Numbered from the stretch's first letter, positions 43,157 to 53,158 are shown. The stretch is DNA of 64,000 bases from Eubacteriales bacterium (GCA_045586845.1 JAZNBB010000058.1:6532-70531); one strand, 5' to 3'. A program made the numbers and translations. Notes: generated from the sequence alone by a model not told the origin.

Positions 43157-44893
43157 TTATGAATTATGGTCGGAGACCTCCGCGTTTTCACAAAGATCCC
43201 TTTGCTTGGATACGGCAATCAATTCACCCTCAAGAGGTGCGTCGGTTTCCACTAAGAAAGCGCAGACGTGCGGCGTATCAAGCACCTGCATACCATGGGG
43301 ATTGAGAATGACGCCGCAGCTCCCGTCTGCCGCTTTGGTCAATTCATCAGCGGGCGTATTGCCGCAAAGGTAGCGTGCACTCTTGATCTTACCCTCAAGC
43401 AATGCCCGGCGCAGATAAGCGATCAGCGCACGCAACTCACTCCACACGGGCATACCGTTTGCATCTGTTTGAGACGCAAGCAGATAAAGCTTGCCATGTC
43501 CCTGTAAGCGTTCGGAAATGACCATATCCGCGGGCGCACTTGCAAGCACGGTAACACCCTTTTGATCAGGTGCAAGCTCAGCATCCGTATGCACGGGTAC
43601 ACCGAGCTCCATGGAAAAGCGGTAAAGCCCCAGCAGGGTACAAAGCAGATCGGAAGCAGCAGTCGACACGGATACCCGGCTGTCCTGACATATGTGTGAG
43701 TTCAGCCAGATCCGTTTCGGGTCGCTGCCTGCAGCAACGGCGGTACAGTAAGCTTTGAGAGCACAAAGTGCAGCAGCACGGTAAGAGGTGTCCTTTGCAT
43801 ATGCCGCATTACGCGTACGCAGGGGTGGCAGCGTGCGCAGCACAGCGTCACGCTCGTCATAACTCTCGTCGATGGCATCGGCGGGTGCTTTCAATGGCAG
43901 CATCATGGGCGGCGCATCAACGGTTTTTTCTTCCATGTGAAGCGTGTAGGATCGGATAAAGCAAATGCTCTTGAGATAAGACGCATCCAACGATAACAGT
44001 GCTTCCTTACCGCGTTTGACAATCAGATATCCCGCGTGGTCAACAAGCCCTATTTCATAAGCGCAGAGCTCAGGCGATTGCGTCTGCTGCAGTAAGAGCG
44101 AAAGGGCAGCATCCTGCGGCAGTGCGAGTAGAAGCCCTGTGCACGGTGCAGTCAGTGTAAGCGGATGGTCAAGCTGTTCGGGCAGTCCCGACAAATTAAG
44201 CACCGCGCCCGAGGTCACGCGCAGCACGGCGTGCGCCACGCTTTCGCTTGTCATATCGCAAACGCAGTGGATCTTTTTGCCGAGCTCACTGCACAGCAGC
44301 GCGGTTACGGCACTGTCAAAGGCGTTGGGCTGTGCGTCGTGAGTCGGGCGGAGCAGCACCAGCGTGTCTGCATATTCCGCGTGTGCTTGGATAGTGATCG
44401 GAAGCGGTTGCAGCACATCAAAATGTCCGCACGTGCTCTCCAGAGAAATTTGTGTGCTCATGCCCTTTGCGGCATACTGTACCGGTGTGCCTCCAAAGCC
44501 GATCGGCTCTGTGATATCCTTTTGCTTGACGGCTGTCGTATATCTTACCGAAAGATTTGCAACGTCGCGCAGCGTAAAGGGCTTATCGGGATCTTTGCCC
44601 AGGGCATTCAGTTTGGATACCGCATCTGCAAAGGTTTTTGCAATATAAGTGTGATCGGTCAGCAGCTCGCTCAAAGCGATCTTGTCAAGCGTCGTGCGCT
44701 CGGGGCAGGCAAGCGCGTCGATAAAGCGCAATGCAATTGTGCTGATCTCTCCGGAACCTCTGCTTTTGTAGTGACGGGCACAATAAAGCAACTCGGCGCG
44801 GCTCATTTTCAGCCCAAGCCTTTGCCCCAGCAGCTCCAGCGATTGCGTCGGCAGTACGTTGAAATTCTGAATTACATTGAGGTCTTGTTCCAT
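43157..44893 (-). CDS. hypothetical protein with PurL (FGAM synthase)-like N-terminal/linker and PurM-like regions, catalytic signature absent
   Basis: LGLKMSRAELLYCARHYKSRGSGEISTIALRFIDALACPER resembles the PurL block lgLal...E..y......gR.Pt..El.m..q..SEHCrH, with SEHC replaced by ALAC. A later AAALCALKAYCTAVAAGSDP...GVPV block resembles the PurM-type dimer interface. Confidence 0.4.
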   Translation of the reverse strand: MEQDLNVIQNFNVLPTQSLELLGQRLGLKMSRAELLYCARHYKSRGSGEISTIALRFIDALACPERTTLDKIALSELLTDHTYIAKTFADAVSKLNALGKDPDKPFTLRDVANLSVRYTTAVKQKDITEPIGFGGTPVQYAAKGMSTQISLESTCGHFDVLQPLPITIQAHAEYADTLVLLRPTHDAQPNAFDSAVTALLCSELGKKIHCVCDMTSESVAHAVLRVTSGAVLNLSGLPEQLDHPLTLTAPCTGLLLALPQDAALSLLLQQTQSPELCAYEIGLVDHAGYLIVKRGKEALLSLDASYLKSICFIRSYTLHMEEKTVDAPPMMLPLKAPADAIDESYDERDAVLRTLPPLRTRNAAYAKDTSYRAAALCALKAYCTAVAAGSDPKRIWLNSHICQDSRVSVSTAASDLLCTLLGLYRFSMELGVPVHTDAELAPDQKGVTVLASAPADMVISERLQGHGKLYLLASQTDANGMPVWSELRALIAYLRRALLEGKIKSARYLCGNTPADELTKAADGSCGVILNPHGMQVLDTPHVCAFLVETDAPLEGELIAVSKQRDLCENAEVSDHNS

Positions 44894-44935
44894 ATTTATA
44901 CCTCCAAATCGTGTGATGTATCGCAGATGATCGGA

Positions 44936-46255
44936 TCAGTCGGTCAGCACACCCTCACAGCCCGCATCGATCCTGCCTGTCAGGCGCACCGTACGTGTCG
45001 TACCGCAAAGCGGTGTACTTGAGAGCACCTTGACCTCGAGAAACTCGGGCGTGTGTCCGATCGCGTAGCCGTTGCCGTCGGTCTCGAAAAGCACTTGCTT
45101 GCAGGGAGACTCGGTCAGTATTTGCCCAAGCAACTGCGTGCGGATCTCGTTTTGAACTGTCTGCAGCCTATGTAAACGCTCGCGGCGCACCTGCATGGGA
45201 ACCTGGTCGGGCAGGCGGATGGCAGGGGTATTCTTGCGCCCCGAGTAGGGAAAGGCATGAATTTGCAAAAAGCGCGCCCGGCGAATGAAATCAAGCGTCT
45301 GCTCGAAATCCTCCTCGGTCTCCCCGGGGAACCCTACGATGATGTCAGTTGTAAACTGCACGCCCGGGATGCGATCGCGCAAAAGTGTCAGCGCAGCCAT
45401 GGCTTGCTCTGCGTTATATTTGCGCTTCATTGTCGCCAACGTACGAGAGCATCCGCTTTGCAGCGAAAGGTGGAAATGCGGTGCAAGAGAGGGGAGAGAA
45501 GCGATCTTATCTACAAAGCGGGGCTTGATCAACGAAGGATCGAGCGAACCGAGACGTACACGCCCGATGCCCTCAAGCGCGTCGACAGCACAGAGCAGAT
45601 CGCCAAGATCGCCCTCGTCAAGATCCTTGCCCCACGAGGCTGTCTCAATGCCCGTCAGTACGATCTCCGCACAGCCGTTATCGGTCAGCACGCGCACCTG
45701 ATCCAGCACCTCGGATAAAGGCTTGGAGCGCACGGGGCCACGTGCACCCGGAATGGCGCAATAGGTGCAATGCGAATCGCATCCGTCCTCGATCTTGACA
45801 TAGGCACGGGTGCGATCAAACGAGGTGATGTGCATGGGTTCAAAACAGCCTGCCTGCTTGATCTCGGAAACCTCGATGTAGGCAGTACAGTTTTTGTGCC
45901 CCTGCGCAAACAAGCTGTCCATGATCTCCACAACATGCATTTTTTCTGCGTTGCCGCATACTGCGTCCACGCCGTCCAGTGCCGCCCCTTCGGGGTCAGC
46001 CTGTGCAAAGCAGCCCGTGACTATCATATAGGCATCAGGGTTTTGAGCAAGCAGTCGGCGGATGAGCTGTCTGCCTTTGCGGTCGGACTCTGCCGTGACC
46101 GTGCACGTGTTGACGATATACGCATCGCACCTTGTCTCATGCGGGCAGATCTCATATCCGCGGCTGATCAGAGCCTCTTCTATGGCGCGGGATTCGTATT
46201 GGTTGACCTTGCAGCCAAGCGTGGCAACGCCAACAGTTCCTTTTATACGGGCCAT
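44936..46255 (-). CDS. mtaB: tRNA methylthiotransferase, MtaB-like (radical SAM, UPF0004 + TRAM)
   Basis: Has the N-terminal LGCKVNQYES block and the radical SAM CDSHCTYCAIP motif. I place the start at MARIKGTV, which follows RBS aaggag. Confidence 0.8.
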   Translation of the reverse strand: MARIKGTVGVATLGCKVNQYESRAIEEALISRGYEICPHETRCDAYIVNTCTVTAESDRKGRQLIRRLLAQNPDAYMIVTGCFAQADPEGAALDGVDAVCGNAEKMHVVEIMDSLFAQGHKNCTAYIEVSEIKQAGCFEPMHITSFDRTRAYVKIEDGCDSHCTYCAIPGARGPVRSKPLSEVLDQVRVLTDNGCAEIVLTGIETASWGKDLDEGDLGDLLCAVDALEGIGRVRLGSLDPSLIKPRFVDKIASLPSLAPHFHLSLQSGCSRTLATMKRKYNAEQAMAALTLLRDRIPGVQFTTDIIVGFPGETEEDFEQTLDFIRRARFLQIHAFPYSGRKNTPAIRLPDQVPMQVRRERLHRLQTVQNEIRTQLLGQILTESPCKQVLFETDGNGYAIGHTPEFLEVKVLSSTPLCGTTRTVRLTGRIDAGCEGVLTD

Positions 46256-46365
46256 TGCATCTTTCTCCTTGGTACAGTCACGCTTGTGACCATATTTTCT
46301 CACGATACATTTTAACACACACAAAGCAAATTGTAAAGAACTATTGCAAAATTTACACTTAGTAC

Positions 46366-46394
46366 TTGAAAAACAAAAAAAAGAGTAGTATAAT
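46366..46394 (+). promoter_or_regulatory. sigma-A type promoter (TTGAAA-17-TATAAT) for upp
   Basis: Near-consensus hexamers with a 17-nt spacer, about 35 nt upstream of the upp ATG. Confidence 0.55.
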
Positions 46395-46428
46395 AGGTTC
46401 AAAGATATTAAAACAAAGGAGAATTATC

Positions 46429-47058
46429 ATGGGTCAGTTTCATTTGATCGACCATCCTCTTATCACTCATAAGCTTACTATCATGCGTAACAAAAAGACG
46501 GGTTCCAAGGATTTCCGAGAGCTGCTCAACGAGATCTCCATGCTCATGGGCTATGAGCTGACCCGTGATCTTCCTCTGCAGGACGTGACTATTGAAACGC
46601 CTATTACTAAGATGAACGCCAAAATGGTGTCGGGCAGAAAGCTGGCTATCGTGCCCATTCTGCGTGCGGGACTTGGTATGGTGGACGGGATTCAGTCACT
46701 TGTTCCGGTTGCGAAGGTAGGACATATCGGTCTGTACCGCGATCCCGAAACACATCAGCCTGTAGAGTATTACTGCAAGCTTCCCTCGGATATTCAGGAC
46801 AGACTTGTCATTCTGGTTGACCCCATGCTGGCAACCGGCGGTTCTGCCGTGGATGCGCTGACCATGCTCAAGAACAAAGGTTGCAAAAACATTCGTTTTA
46901 TGTGCCTGGTGGCTGCTCCCGAGGGCGTTTCCAAGGTGCTTAAGGCGCATCCGGATGTGGATATCTACGGTGCTGCGTTGGATGATCATCTCAACGATCA
47001 CGCCTATATCGTGCCCGGTCTTGGTGACGCGGGCGACAGAATTTTCGGAACGCTGTAA
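46429..47058 (+). CDS. upp: uracil phosphoribosyltransferase
   Basis: [16 protein letters not shown] and the PRPP-binding block [14 protein letters not shown] identify it. 209 aa. Confidence 0.92.
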   Translation: MGQFHLIDHPLITHKLTIMRNKKTGSKDFRELLNEISMLMGYELTRDLPLQDVTIETPITKMNAKMVSGRKLAIVPILRAGLGMVDGIQSLVPVAKVGHIGLYRDPETHQPVEYYCKLPSDIQDRLVILVDPMLATGGSAVDALTMLKNKGCKNIRFMCLVAAPEGVSKVLKAHPDVDIYGAALDDHLNDHAYIVPGLGDAGDRIFGTL

Positions 47059-47121
47059 AATCACGCGAAATCTACGGGGGAGAGGACACCTTCTCCCCCT
47101 ATCTTACATCATGGAGGTACT

Positions 47122-48084
47122 ATGCGTACCATTACCGTTAAGAAAAACGACGCAGGACAACGTCTGGATAAGTTTTTGTCCAAGGCGGTCAAGGGGCTGC
47201 CCATGTCATTGATGTATAAATACATCCGAACCAAAAAGATCAAGGTCAACAGGGCAAGGACAGAGCAGAGCTATATGCTGTGTGAGGGTGACGAGATCCA
47301 GCTGTTTATCCGCGATGAGTTTTTTGGGTCGCCCGAGAAGGATACCGGGGCACTTACTCGCATCGTGCCAAAGCTTTGTATCGTGTACGAGGACGAGAAT
47401 ATCGTGCTGCTCAACAAGCGACCGGGGGTGCTTGGGCACGAGGATGCGGATGCCAAGGATAATACGCTGCTCATGCACCTGCAGGCGTATCTGGCGCAAA
47501 AAGGGGAATATGATCCCGAGAATGAGCAAAGCTTTGCGCCCGCTATGTGTAACCGTATCGACCGCAATACGGGCGGCATCGTGATCGCTGCCAAGAATGC
47601 GGCTGCATTGCGTGAAATGAACGAGCATATACGTGAGGACCGCATCGGTAAATATTATCTGTGCGCCTGCCACGGTGTGCCCGCGCAGAAAAAGCAAACG
47701 TTGCGCGGTTATCTGCGCAAGAATGCGGCGGATAATATGGTTGAGGTGCGTGACAAACCTTTTTCGGGCGCGAAGGAGATCATCACCGAATATCGCGTGA
47801 TCACGCAAAAGGGCGGCAATTCGCTCCTGGAGGTACATTTGGTTACGGGCAGAACGCACCAGATCCGCGCGCATCTTGCACACATCGGTCACCCTTTATT
47901 GGGGGACGGGAAATACGGCATCAACAAAAGGGACAGGGAAAAGGGCTACAAGTATCAAGCCCTGTACGCTTACCGTCTGCGCTTTGATTTCGGCGGCAAG
48001 GGCGATGTGTTGTCGTATCTTGACGGTAAAGAGTTCAAATTGCCCGAAAGCGAGATCTGGTTCTTGAAGGATTTTCCCAATTAA
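47122..48084 (+). CDS. RluA-family 23S rRNA pseudouridine synthase with S4 domain
   Basis: Has an S4-like N-terminus (RLDKFL), the catalytic block NRIDRNTGGIV and HQIRAHLAHIGHPLLGD. Confidence 0.85.
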   Translation: MRTITVKKNDAGQRLDKFLSKAVKGLPMSLMYKYIRTKKIKVNRARTEQSYMLCEGDEIQLFIRDEFFGSPEKDTGALTRIVPKLCIVYEDENIVLLNKRPGVLGHEDADAKDNTLLMHLQAYLAQKGEYDPENEQSFAPAMCNRIDRNTGGIVIAAKNAAALREMNEHIREDRIGKYYLCACHGVPAQKKQTLRGYLRKNAADNMVEVRDKPFSGAKEIITEYRVITQKGGNSLLEVHLVTGRTHQIRAHLAHIGHPLLGDGKYGINKRDREKGYKYQALYAYRLRFDFGGKGDVLSYLDGKEFKLPESEIWFLKDFPN

Positions 48085-48155
48085 CCGAGAGCGAAATCCG
48101 GTTCTCAAACGATTTTGCGTATTGATTTTATGATTGACAGGAAAGGAGAGTGCGT

Positions 48156-49994
48156 ATGCAAGATCTGATCAAAAGATTACGCTACCCGTTGCTGATTTTC
48201 AGCGGTATGTTGGCAGCACTTAGCGTGGTCTATCCCGCTTATTTCGGCGCATTGGCATGGATAGCATTGATCCCTGCAGCACTCGTGCTGCTGGCGCTTA
48301 TGTCAAAGGTCAAGCTTGGCAGTCTGTACCTGTACGGGTTTGTGTTTTACCTTGTTTATTACGTCATGGGGTATCATTGGTTTATCTCCATGTATCCCAT
48401 GGATTTCGCGGGTATGACTCCCGGTGCCGCCATCGGAGTGATCGCACTTGCCGTTTTCGGTATCTCTGTATTCCAAGCGGCGTTGAGTGCCTTGATGTTT
48501 CTGATTTTCGGATTGTTCAGCCGTACGGCTCTCATGCGTCGTTTCCCGGTGCTGCTGCCATTGCTCATGGCTTGCCTGTGGGTGGTCAACGAGTGGTCGC
48601 AGACCATCGGCTGGACGGGGCTGCCCTGGGTAAGGCTGTATCTTTCGCAATGCGAGGTGCTGCCCATGGCGCAGAGTGCGTCGCTGCTTGGCAGCTTATT
48701 TGTGTCTTTTTTGATCGTGGCAGTCAACTATTCGATTGCGGGAGCAATCGTACGCCGTGAGTACCGCTTGTCATTTGCATTGCTGGGAGGCTGCTTACTT
48801 GGAGGAAATCTCTTGTTCGGGCTTGCAACAATGGACGCCATACATGGGAACGCACTGCCTTGGCAGCTCGGTTTTTTGATCACCGCACTGGCAACTATTC
48901 TGCTTGCCGCAATATATGGACTGTGGCGCAAGCTGCATACCGACCCCCGCTTGCTCAAGGTCTTTTTATGTATAGGTTTGACGCTTTGCGTGCTTTCCTC
49001 GCTTGCTCCCGTGCTTGGCGGATATGCCAATGAGGGTACTCCGGTCAAGGCAGCCGCGCTGCAGGGAAACCTGTCCTCCAAGGACAAATGGGCGGACGAT
49101 TCGGGGTGGCGCTCCTTCAATGTGTACGCGGGCTTGACCGAGCAGGCGGCAGCAAAGGGGGCGACCTTGGTCGTGTGGCCCGAGACCGCGCTGAATTATT
49201 ATTTGTTCAACACGCGAGAAACCTCTCAACTAAACGCACCTCTTTCGCAGGTGTACGATCTGGCAGCGCGCACGGGTACAACTATGCTGATCAGTACCTT
49301 TTTGACTCCGCAGAATTTAGATCCGGAAGCTGCAAGTACAGATAGCCTGAATACCGTGATCGTGATCTATCCCGACCAAACCTATGATCAAAACATTTAC
49401 ATCAAGCGTATGCTCGTGCCTTTTGGCGAATACGTGCCGTGGCGTGATTTTCTTGTCGGCATCGTGCCTGTGTTGGGGGAGATCAATATGCTCAACAGTG
49501 ACCTTGGCAGAGGAGAACAAGCAGTTTCGGTGGATACAAAAACGCTCGGTATGTCGGTAGGGCCCATCATTTGCTTCGATTCGATCTACGAGGAGCCCGT
49601 GCGACAGACCGTGGCAGCCGGTGCGCAGATTATCACGCTCTCAACCAATGACTCCTGGTTTTCGGATTCTGCTGCCGTGTATATGCATAACAATCATGCC
49701 AAGTTCCGCGCCATTGAAAACGGCAGGTATCTTGTTCGTTCGGCAAATACGGGAGTTTCCTCAATCATTGCCCCTGACGGTCGTGTGCTTGGGCAGCAGG
49801 ATGCGCTGACTACGGGTATGGTGGTTGCTGATGTGTATGCACGTGACGTGCAAACACCGTATGCCCAAACAGGATATTTGCTTGTATGGCTGTGCTTTGC
49901 AGTACAGATCGTACTGATTTTGACACAGATTGTATACGGAATCATAAAATGTGTCAAATGTCACAATACGAACAAGAAATTTAATAATTCTTAA
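48156..49994 (+). CDS. lnt: apolipoprotein N-acyltransferase (Lnt) homologue
   Basis: A polytopic N-terminal membrane domain is followed by a CN-hydrolase domain. The E-K-C triad appears in Lnt-like contexts: LVVWPETAL, KRMLVPFGEYVP and GPIICFDSIY. Confidence 0.7.
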   Translation: MQDLIKRLRYPLLIFSGMLAALSVVYPAYFGALAWIALIPAALVLLALMSKVKLGSLYLYGFVFYLVYYVMGYHWFISMYPMDFAGMTPGAAIGVIALAVFGISVFQAALSALMFLIFGLFSRTALMRRFPVLLPLLMACLWVVNEWSQTIGWTGLPWVRLYLSQCEVLPMAQSASLLGSLFVSFLIVAVNYSIAGAIVRREYRLSFALLGGCLLGGNLLFGLATMDAIHGNALPWQLGFLITALATILLAAIYGLWRKLHTDPRLLKVFLCIGLTLCVLSSLAPVLGGYANEGTPVKAAALQGNLSSKDKWADDSGWRSFNVYAGLTEQAAAKGATLVVWPETALNYYLFNTRETSQLNAPLSQVYDLAARTGTTMLISTFLTPQNLDPEAASTDSLNTVIVIYPDQTYDQNIYIKRMLVPFGEYVPWRDFLVGIVPVLGEINMLNSDLGRGEQAVSVDTKTLGMSVGPIICFDSIYEEPVRQTVAAGAQIITLSTNDSWFSDSAAVYMHNNHAKFRAIENGRYLVRSANTGVSSIIAPDGRVLGQQDALTTGMVVADVYARDVQTPYAQTGYLLVWLCFAVQIVLILTQIVYGIIKCVKCHNTNKKFNNS

Positions 49995-50105
49995 TATATT
50001 CCTGTGTAAAAACAACGAGAAAACTGTTGACAAAAAGTGCGAAAACTGCTATAATGTACACATGGGGATCACCCCAAAACATTATCTAAAGGAGATTTAT
50101 CAACT

Positions 50106-50468
50106 ATGAAAACTATGACCAGAGTTGTAGCAGTTGCTCTTGTAGCTGTTATGATGTGCATGATGCTGGCTTCTTGCGGCAACACCATCAGCGGTAAGTA
50201 TACCGGTAAGGGCGGCGCAATGGATGCTGTTACTTACACCTATGAATTCAGCGGCAAGAAAGTATCCGTGAAAGTCGTTACCCCTGCTTTGATTGGCGAT
50301 GATAATATCCGCCTTCAGGAAGGTACTTACGAAATCAAGGATGATATGATCATTTTCACTTGGGAAAGCAATACTGGTGATGGTTCCGAAGTTGGAGCAG
50401 GTCCTTACACCTATGCATCCGGCGACGGTTTCATTATGATTGATGGCGATAAGCTGGACAAGGAATAA
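50106..50468 (+). CDS. small lipoprotein, function unknown
   Basis: Signal peptide with lipobox MLASCG. RBS aaaggag. Confidence 0.5.
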   Translation: MKTMTRVVAVALVAVMMCMMLASCGNTISGKYTGKGGAMDAVTYTYEFSGKKVSVKVVTPALIGDDNIRLQEGTYEIKDDMIIFTWESNTGDGSEVGAGPYTYASGDGFIMIDGDKLDKE

Positions 50469-50533
50469 ACTACTATGTAAAAAACTGTTGCAACTCTCTG
50501 CATTTTTAACTGAGGATTAGCAGCACGAAAACT

Positions 50534-50564
50534 TCGGCAGAGAACTTGTTTTCTCTGCCGATTT
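50534..50564 (+). terminator. rho-independent terminator
   Basis: TCGGCAGAGAA-cttgt-TTTCTCTGCCGA followed by TTT. The stem sequence resembles the terminator at 22267. Confidence 0.6.
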
Positions 50565-50574
50565 GTATTATAAA

Positions 50575-50611
50575 CAAAAAAACCGTCCGTCTTTCGACGA
50601 ACGGTTTTTTC
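50575..50611. terminator. bidirectional rho-independent terminator (serves rpsR on the minus strand)
   Basis: AAAAAAA-ACCGTCCGTC-tttc-GACGAACGGT-TTTTT. Confidence 0.7.
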
Positions 50612-50629
50612 TCACATTGCAATCTGCAA

Positions 50630-50878
50630 TCAGTCGCAAACGTAGGGCAGAAGAGCAGCCTGACGAGCACGCTTGATAGCGGTGTTGAGCTCGCGTTGGT
50701 GAACGGCACAGGTGCCGGACATTCTTCTGGGCAGGATCTTGCCGCGCTCGCTGATGAACTTGCGAAGCTTAGCGGAATCCTTGTAATCGATATATGCAAC
50801 CTTATCGGCGCAGAAAATGCAAACCTTCTTTCTTCTGCGAACCACGGGGCGCGCAGGACGAGAAACGTTTTCAGTCAT
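50630..50878 (-). CDS. rpsR: 30S ribosomal protein S18
   Basis: [15 protein letters not shown]...[15 protein letters not shown]...QR is the S18 signature. Confidence 0.92.
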   Translation of the reverse strand: MTENVSRPARPVVRRRKKVCIFCADKVAYIDYKDSAKLRKFISERGKILPRRMSGTCAVHQRELNTAIKRARQAALLPYVCD

Positions 50879-50916
50879 CTTATGAATCCTCCTGTTTGAT
50901 TTTGGGAACGATCGGC

Positions 50917-51387
50917 TCAGAAGGGCAGATCGTCGTCTGTTTTGATCTCCTCGAACTTAGGCGCAGAGCCTGCGGGGGAGGAGTAAGCGGGTGCACCGTA
51001 AGCATCGGGTGCATAACCGCCTGCCTGTGCATTGGGACCTTCGCTGCGGCTGTCCACAAACTGGACTTCTTCAGCGACGATGTCGGTCATGTAGCGCTTC
51101 TGCCCCTGTTGGTCGGTCCAGGATCTGTTCTGGATAGAGCCGATCACACAGATGGAAGAGCCTTTCTTAAAGAAACGGTTGACAAACTCAGCAGTAGAAC
51201 GCCAAGCGGTAACGGTAAAGAAATCGACCTCAGGTTGCTGACCGGACGCTGCGTCACGGGAAGCGAATCTGCGATTGACAGCCATACGGAACGTTACAAC
51301 GGCAATGCCGCTCTGTGTCTGCTTCAGTTCAGGATCAGCGGTCAATCTGCCGCCGAGGATGACTTTGTTCAGATTAAAATTTGCCAT
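50917..51387 (-). CDS. ssb: single-stranded DNA-binding protein
   Basis: N-terminal OB fold ([16 protein letters not shown]), a Gly/Pro/Ala-rich linker and the acidic tip DDDLPF. Confidence 0.92.
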   Translation of the reverse strand: MANFNLNKVILGGRLTADPELKQTQSGIAVVTFRMAVNRRFASRDAASGQQPEVDFFTVTAWRSTAEFVNRFFKKGSSICVIGSIQNRSWTDQQGQKRYMTDIVAEEVQFVDSRSEGPNAQAGGYAPDAYGAPAYSSPAGSAPKFEEIKTDDDLPF

Positions 51388-51411
51388 GTTCTTTTGACCT
51401 CTTTGTGCGCC

Positions 51412-51822
51412 TTACTCAGCGTCAGCTGCCACTTCGGCAACTTCGGTAGCTACAGCAGCTTCAACAACTTCGGTGGCTACAGCAGCTTCGTCAACTTCGG
51501 TGGCGACAGCAGCCTTAGCAACGGGCTCGAAGTCCAGCTTGATGGTCAGAGAACGCATAATGTTCTCGTCGATCTGGAACAGACGGTCGAGCTCGGAAAG
51601 GAAGTTACCTGCAGCCTTGAAGGTCACGACTACGTAGTAGCCTTCGGGCATGTCATTGATAGGATATGCCAGGCGGCGCTTGCCCCACTGTGCAACCTCA
51701 ATGATAGTGCCGTTGTCAGCAATCAAAGAAGTGAACTTGTTCACAGTTGCATTGGTTGCTTCCTCACCGTTGGTCACGTCAACGATGAACAGACTTTCAT
51801 AAGAATTGAGTACCTTTTCCAT
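51412..51822 (-). CDS. rpsF: 30S ribosomal protein S6 with repeat-containing acidic C-terminal extension
   Basis: S6 core (YESLFIV..., WGKRRLAYPI) sits in the rpsF-ssb-rpsR order. There are about 40 extra C-terminal residues containing three AAVATEV(D/V/A)E repeats. Confidence 0.85.
   Translation of the reverse strand: MEKVLNSYESLFIVDVTNGEEATNATVNKFTSLIADNGTIIEVAQWGKRRLAYPINDMPEGYYVVVTFKAAGNFLSELDRLFQIDENIMRSLTIKLDFEPVAKAAVATEVDEAAVATEVVEAAVATEVAEVAADAE
51441..51521. repeat. three 27-bp tandem repeats within the rpsF 3' end
   Basis: Three tandem units of cttcggt(a/g)gc(t/g)acagcagc... start at 51441, 51468 and 51495. Confidence 0.75.
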
Positions 51823-52057
51823 GTGTTTTTACCTCCCTATGGACTTTAATTAGACCGCGCCACCTCTTCAATATTATTTGTGCGCGGTAGAGAGACGAAC
51901 TGCTTTGCAGTCCGCATCGAGGATATATTATACCACAAACAGGAAGTCTTGTCAATCCTTTTTGTAATATTATTTTTTACAAAAAATCACAAAATTCTTG
52001 CCAAAACCATGGAAAATATGATATAATTACATATAGTAAATTGTAATGGAGGTTACT

Positions 52058-53140
52058 ATGGCACAGACCAAAAAGAGAAAAAAGAAAAAGGGAAAGAAGA
52101 TGCCAAAGGCGTTGCGCATTTGTATGATCATGTTGGCGGTGCTTGCCGTGCTGATGGTTGTTGCGGTGGTGCTTGCCATGACCGGTGTTATTCCCGCTAA
52201 CACGGTAGAGGACTTTTTGGATGGCTTTGTCGGCAAGGGCGTGGAGAAGGCATTGGATAAGATACTGCCCAACGACCTTGTGGATGAGATATTCGTGGAT
52301 AAATATAAGGACTTTGTGGATTTCGTCATGGATCTTTTGCCCAAGCCGGAGCGCGTGGCGCTTGACGGTCAGATCATGGTATATTTCTTTGACGTAGGGC
52401 AAAGTGACAGCATTCTGATCATGGCACCCGAGGGTAATGTGCTTATTGATGCCGGTGATAACGATTGTGAGGAGGATCTGGAGAAATATCTGGATGACCT
52501 TGGTGTGACTACGCTGAACTGCGTGATCGCCACCCATCCGCACGAGGATCATATCGGCAGTATGGATATGATATTTGAGGAATTTGAGGTCGCCAATCTG
52601 ATCATGCCCAATGCAGAGGTGGATAAGGATACGTTTACCGAAACAGGTGACTACACAAGTATGATGAAGGGCGCGCAAAAACAGGGAACGGCAATTACCT
52701 ATGCCAAGGGCGGAGATTCCTTCAGCTTTGGCGAGCTGCAGTTCTTATTCCTTGCGCCCAATGCCACTGATTATAACGATCTCAATGACTGGAGCCTTGT
52801 CACCAAGGTGACTTACGGTTCGACCTCCATGATCCTGACAGGTGATGCCGAGAGTGTTTCCGAAAAGGAGATCATCAAGAAGTATGGCAGCAGTCGGTTG
52901 GACTGCGACATTCTCAAATCGGGGCACCACGGCTCGTCCTCCTCGTCCTGCGCCGAATTTTTGGATGCGATCGACGCGGAGATCGCCATTATCTCCTGTG
53001 GCACCGGCAATAAATACGGGCATCCCAATCAGCCCGTCCTTGACAGATACGCCGAGCGCGATATGACCGTGCACCGTACCGATCTGGAGGGCACCATCGT
53101 ATACACCAGCAACGGCGCGGAGTTTACGAGGGTGCCGTAA
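52058..53140 (+). CDS. membrane-anchored MBL-fold hydrolase, ComEC C-terminal-domain-like
   Basis: A Lys-rich N-terminus and a TM helix are followed by FFDVGQSDS, HPHEDHIGS and SGHHGS blocks. I prefer ATG 52058, which follows GGAGG. Confidence 0.7.
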   Translation: MAQTKKRKKKKGKKMPKALRICMIMLAVLAVLMVVAVVLAMTGVIPANTVEDFLDGFVGKGVEKALDKILPNDLVDEIFVDKYKDFVDFVMDLLPKPERVALDGQIMVYFFDVGQSDSILIMAPEGNVLIDAGDNDCEEDLEKYLDDLGVTTLNCVIATHPHEDHIGSMDMIFEEFEVANLIMPNAEVDKDTFTETGDYTSMMKGAQKQGTAITYAKGGDSFSFGELQFLFLAPNATDYNDLNDWSLVTKVTYGSTSMILTGDAESVSEKEIIKKYGSSRLDCDILKSGHHGSSSSSCAEFLDAIDAEIAIISCGTGNKYGHPNQPVLDRYAERDMTVHRTDLEGTIVYTSNGAEFTRVP

Positions 53141-53158
53141 GCAGCCCTGACCATATAG

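Noticed and set aside
50794-51849. 351-aa plus-strand ORF spanning the rpsR-ssb-rpsF region.
   Set aside because: It is antisense to three highly conserved genes. It is a shadow ORF.
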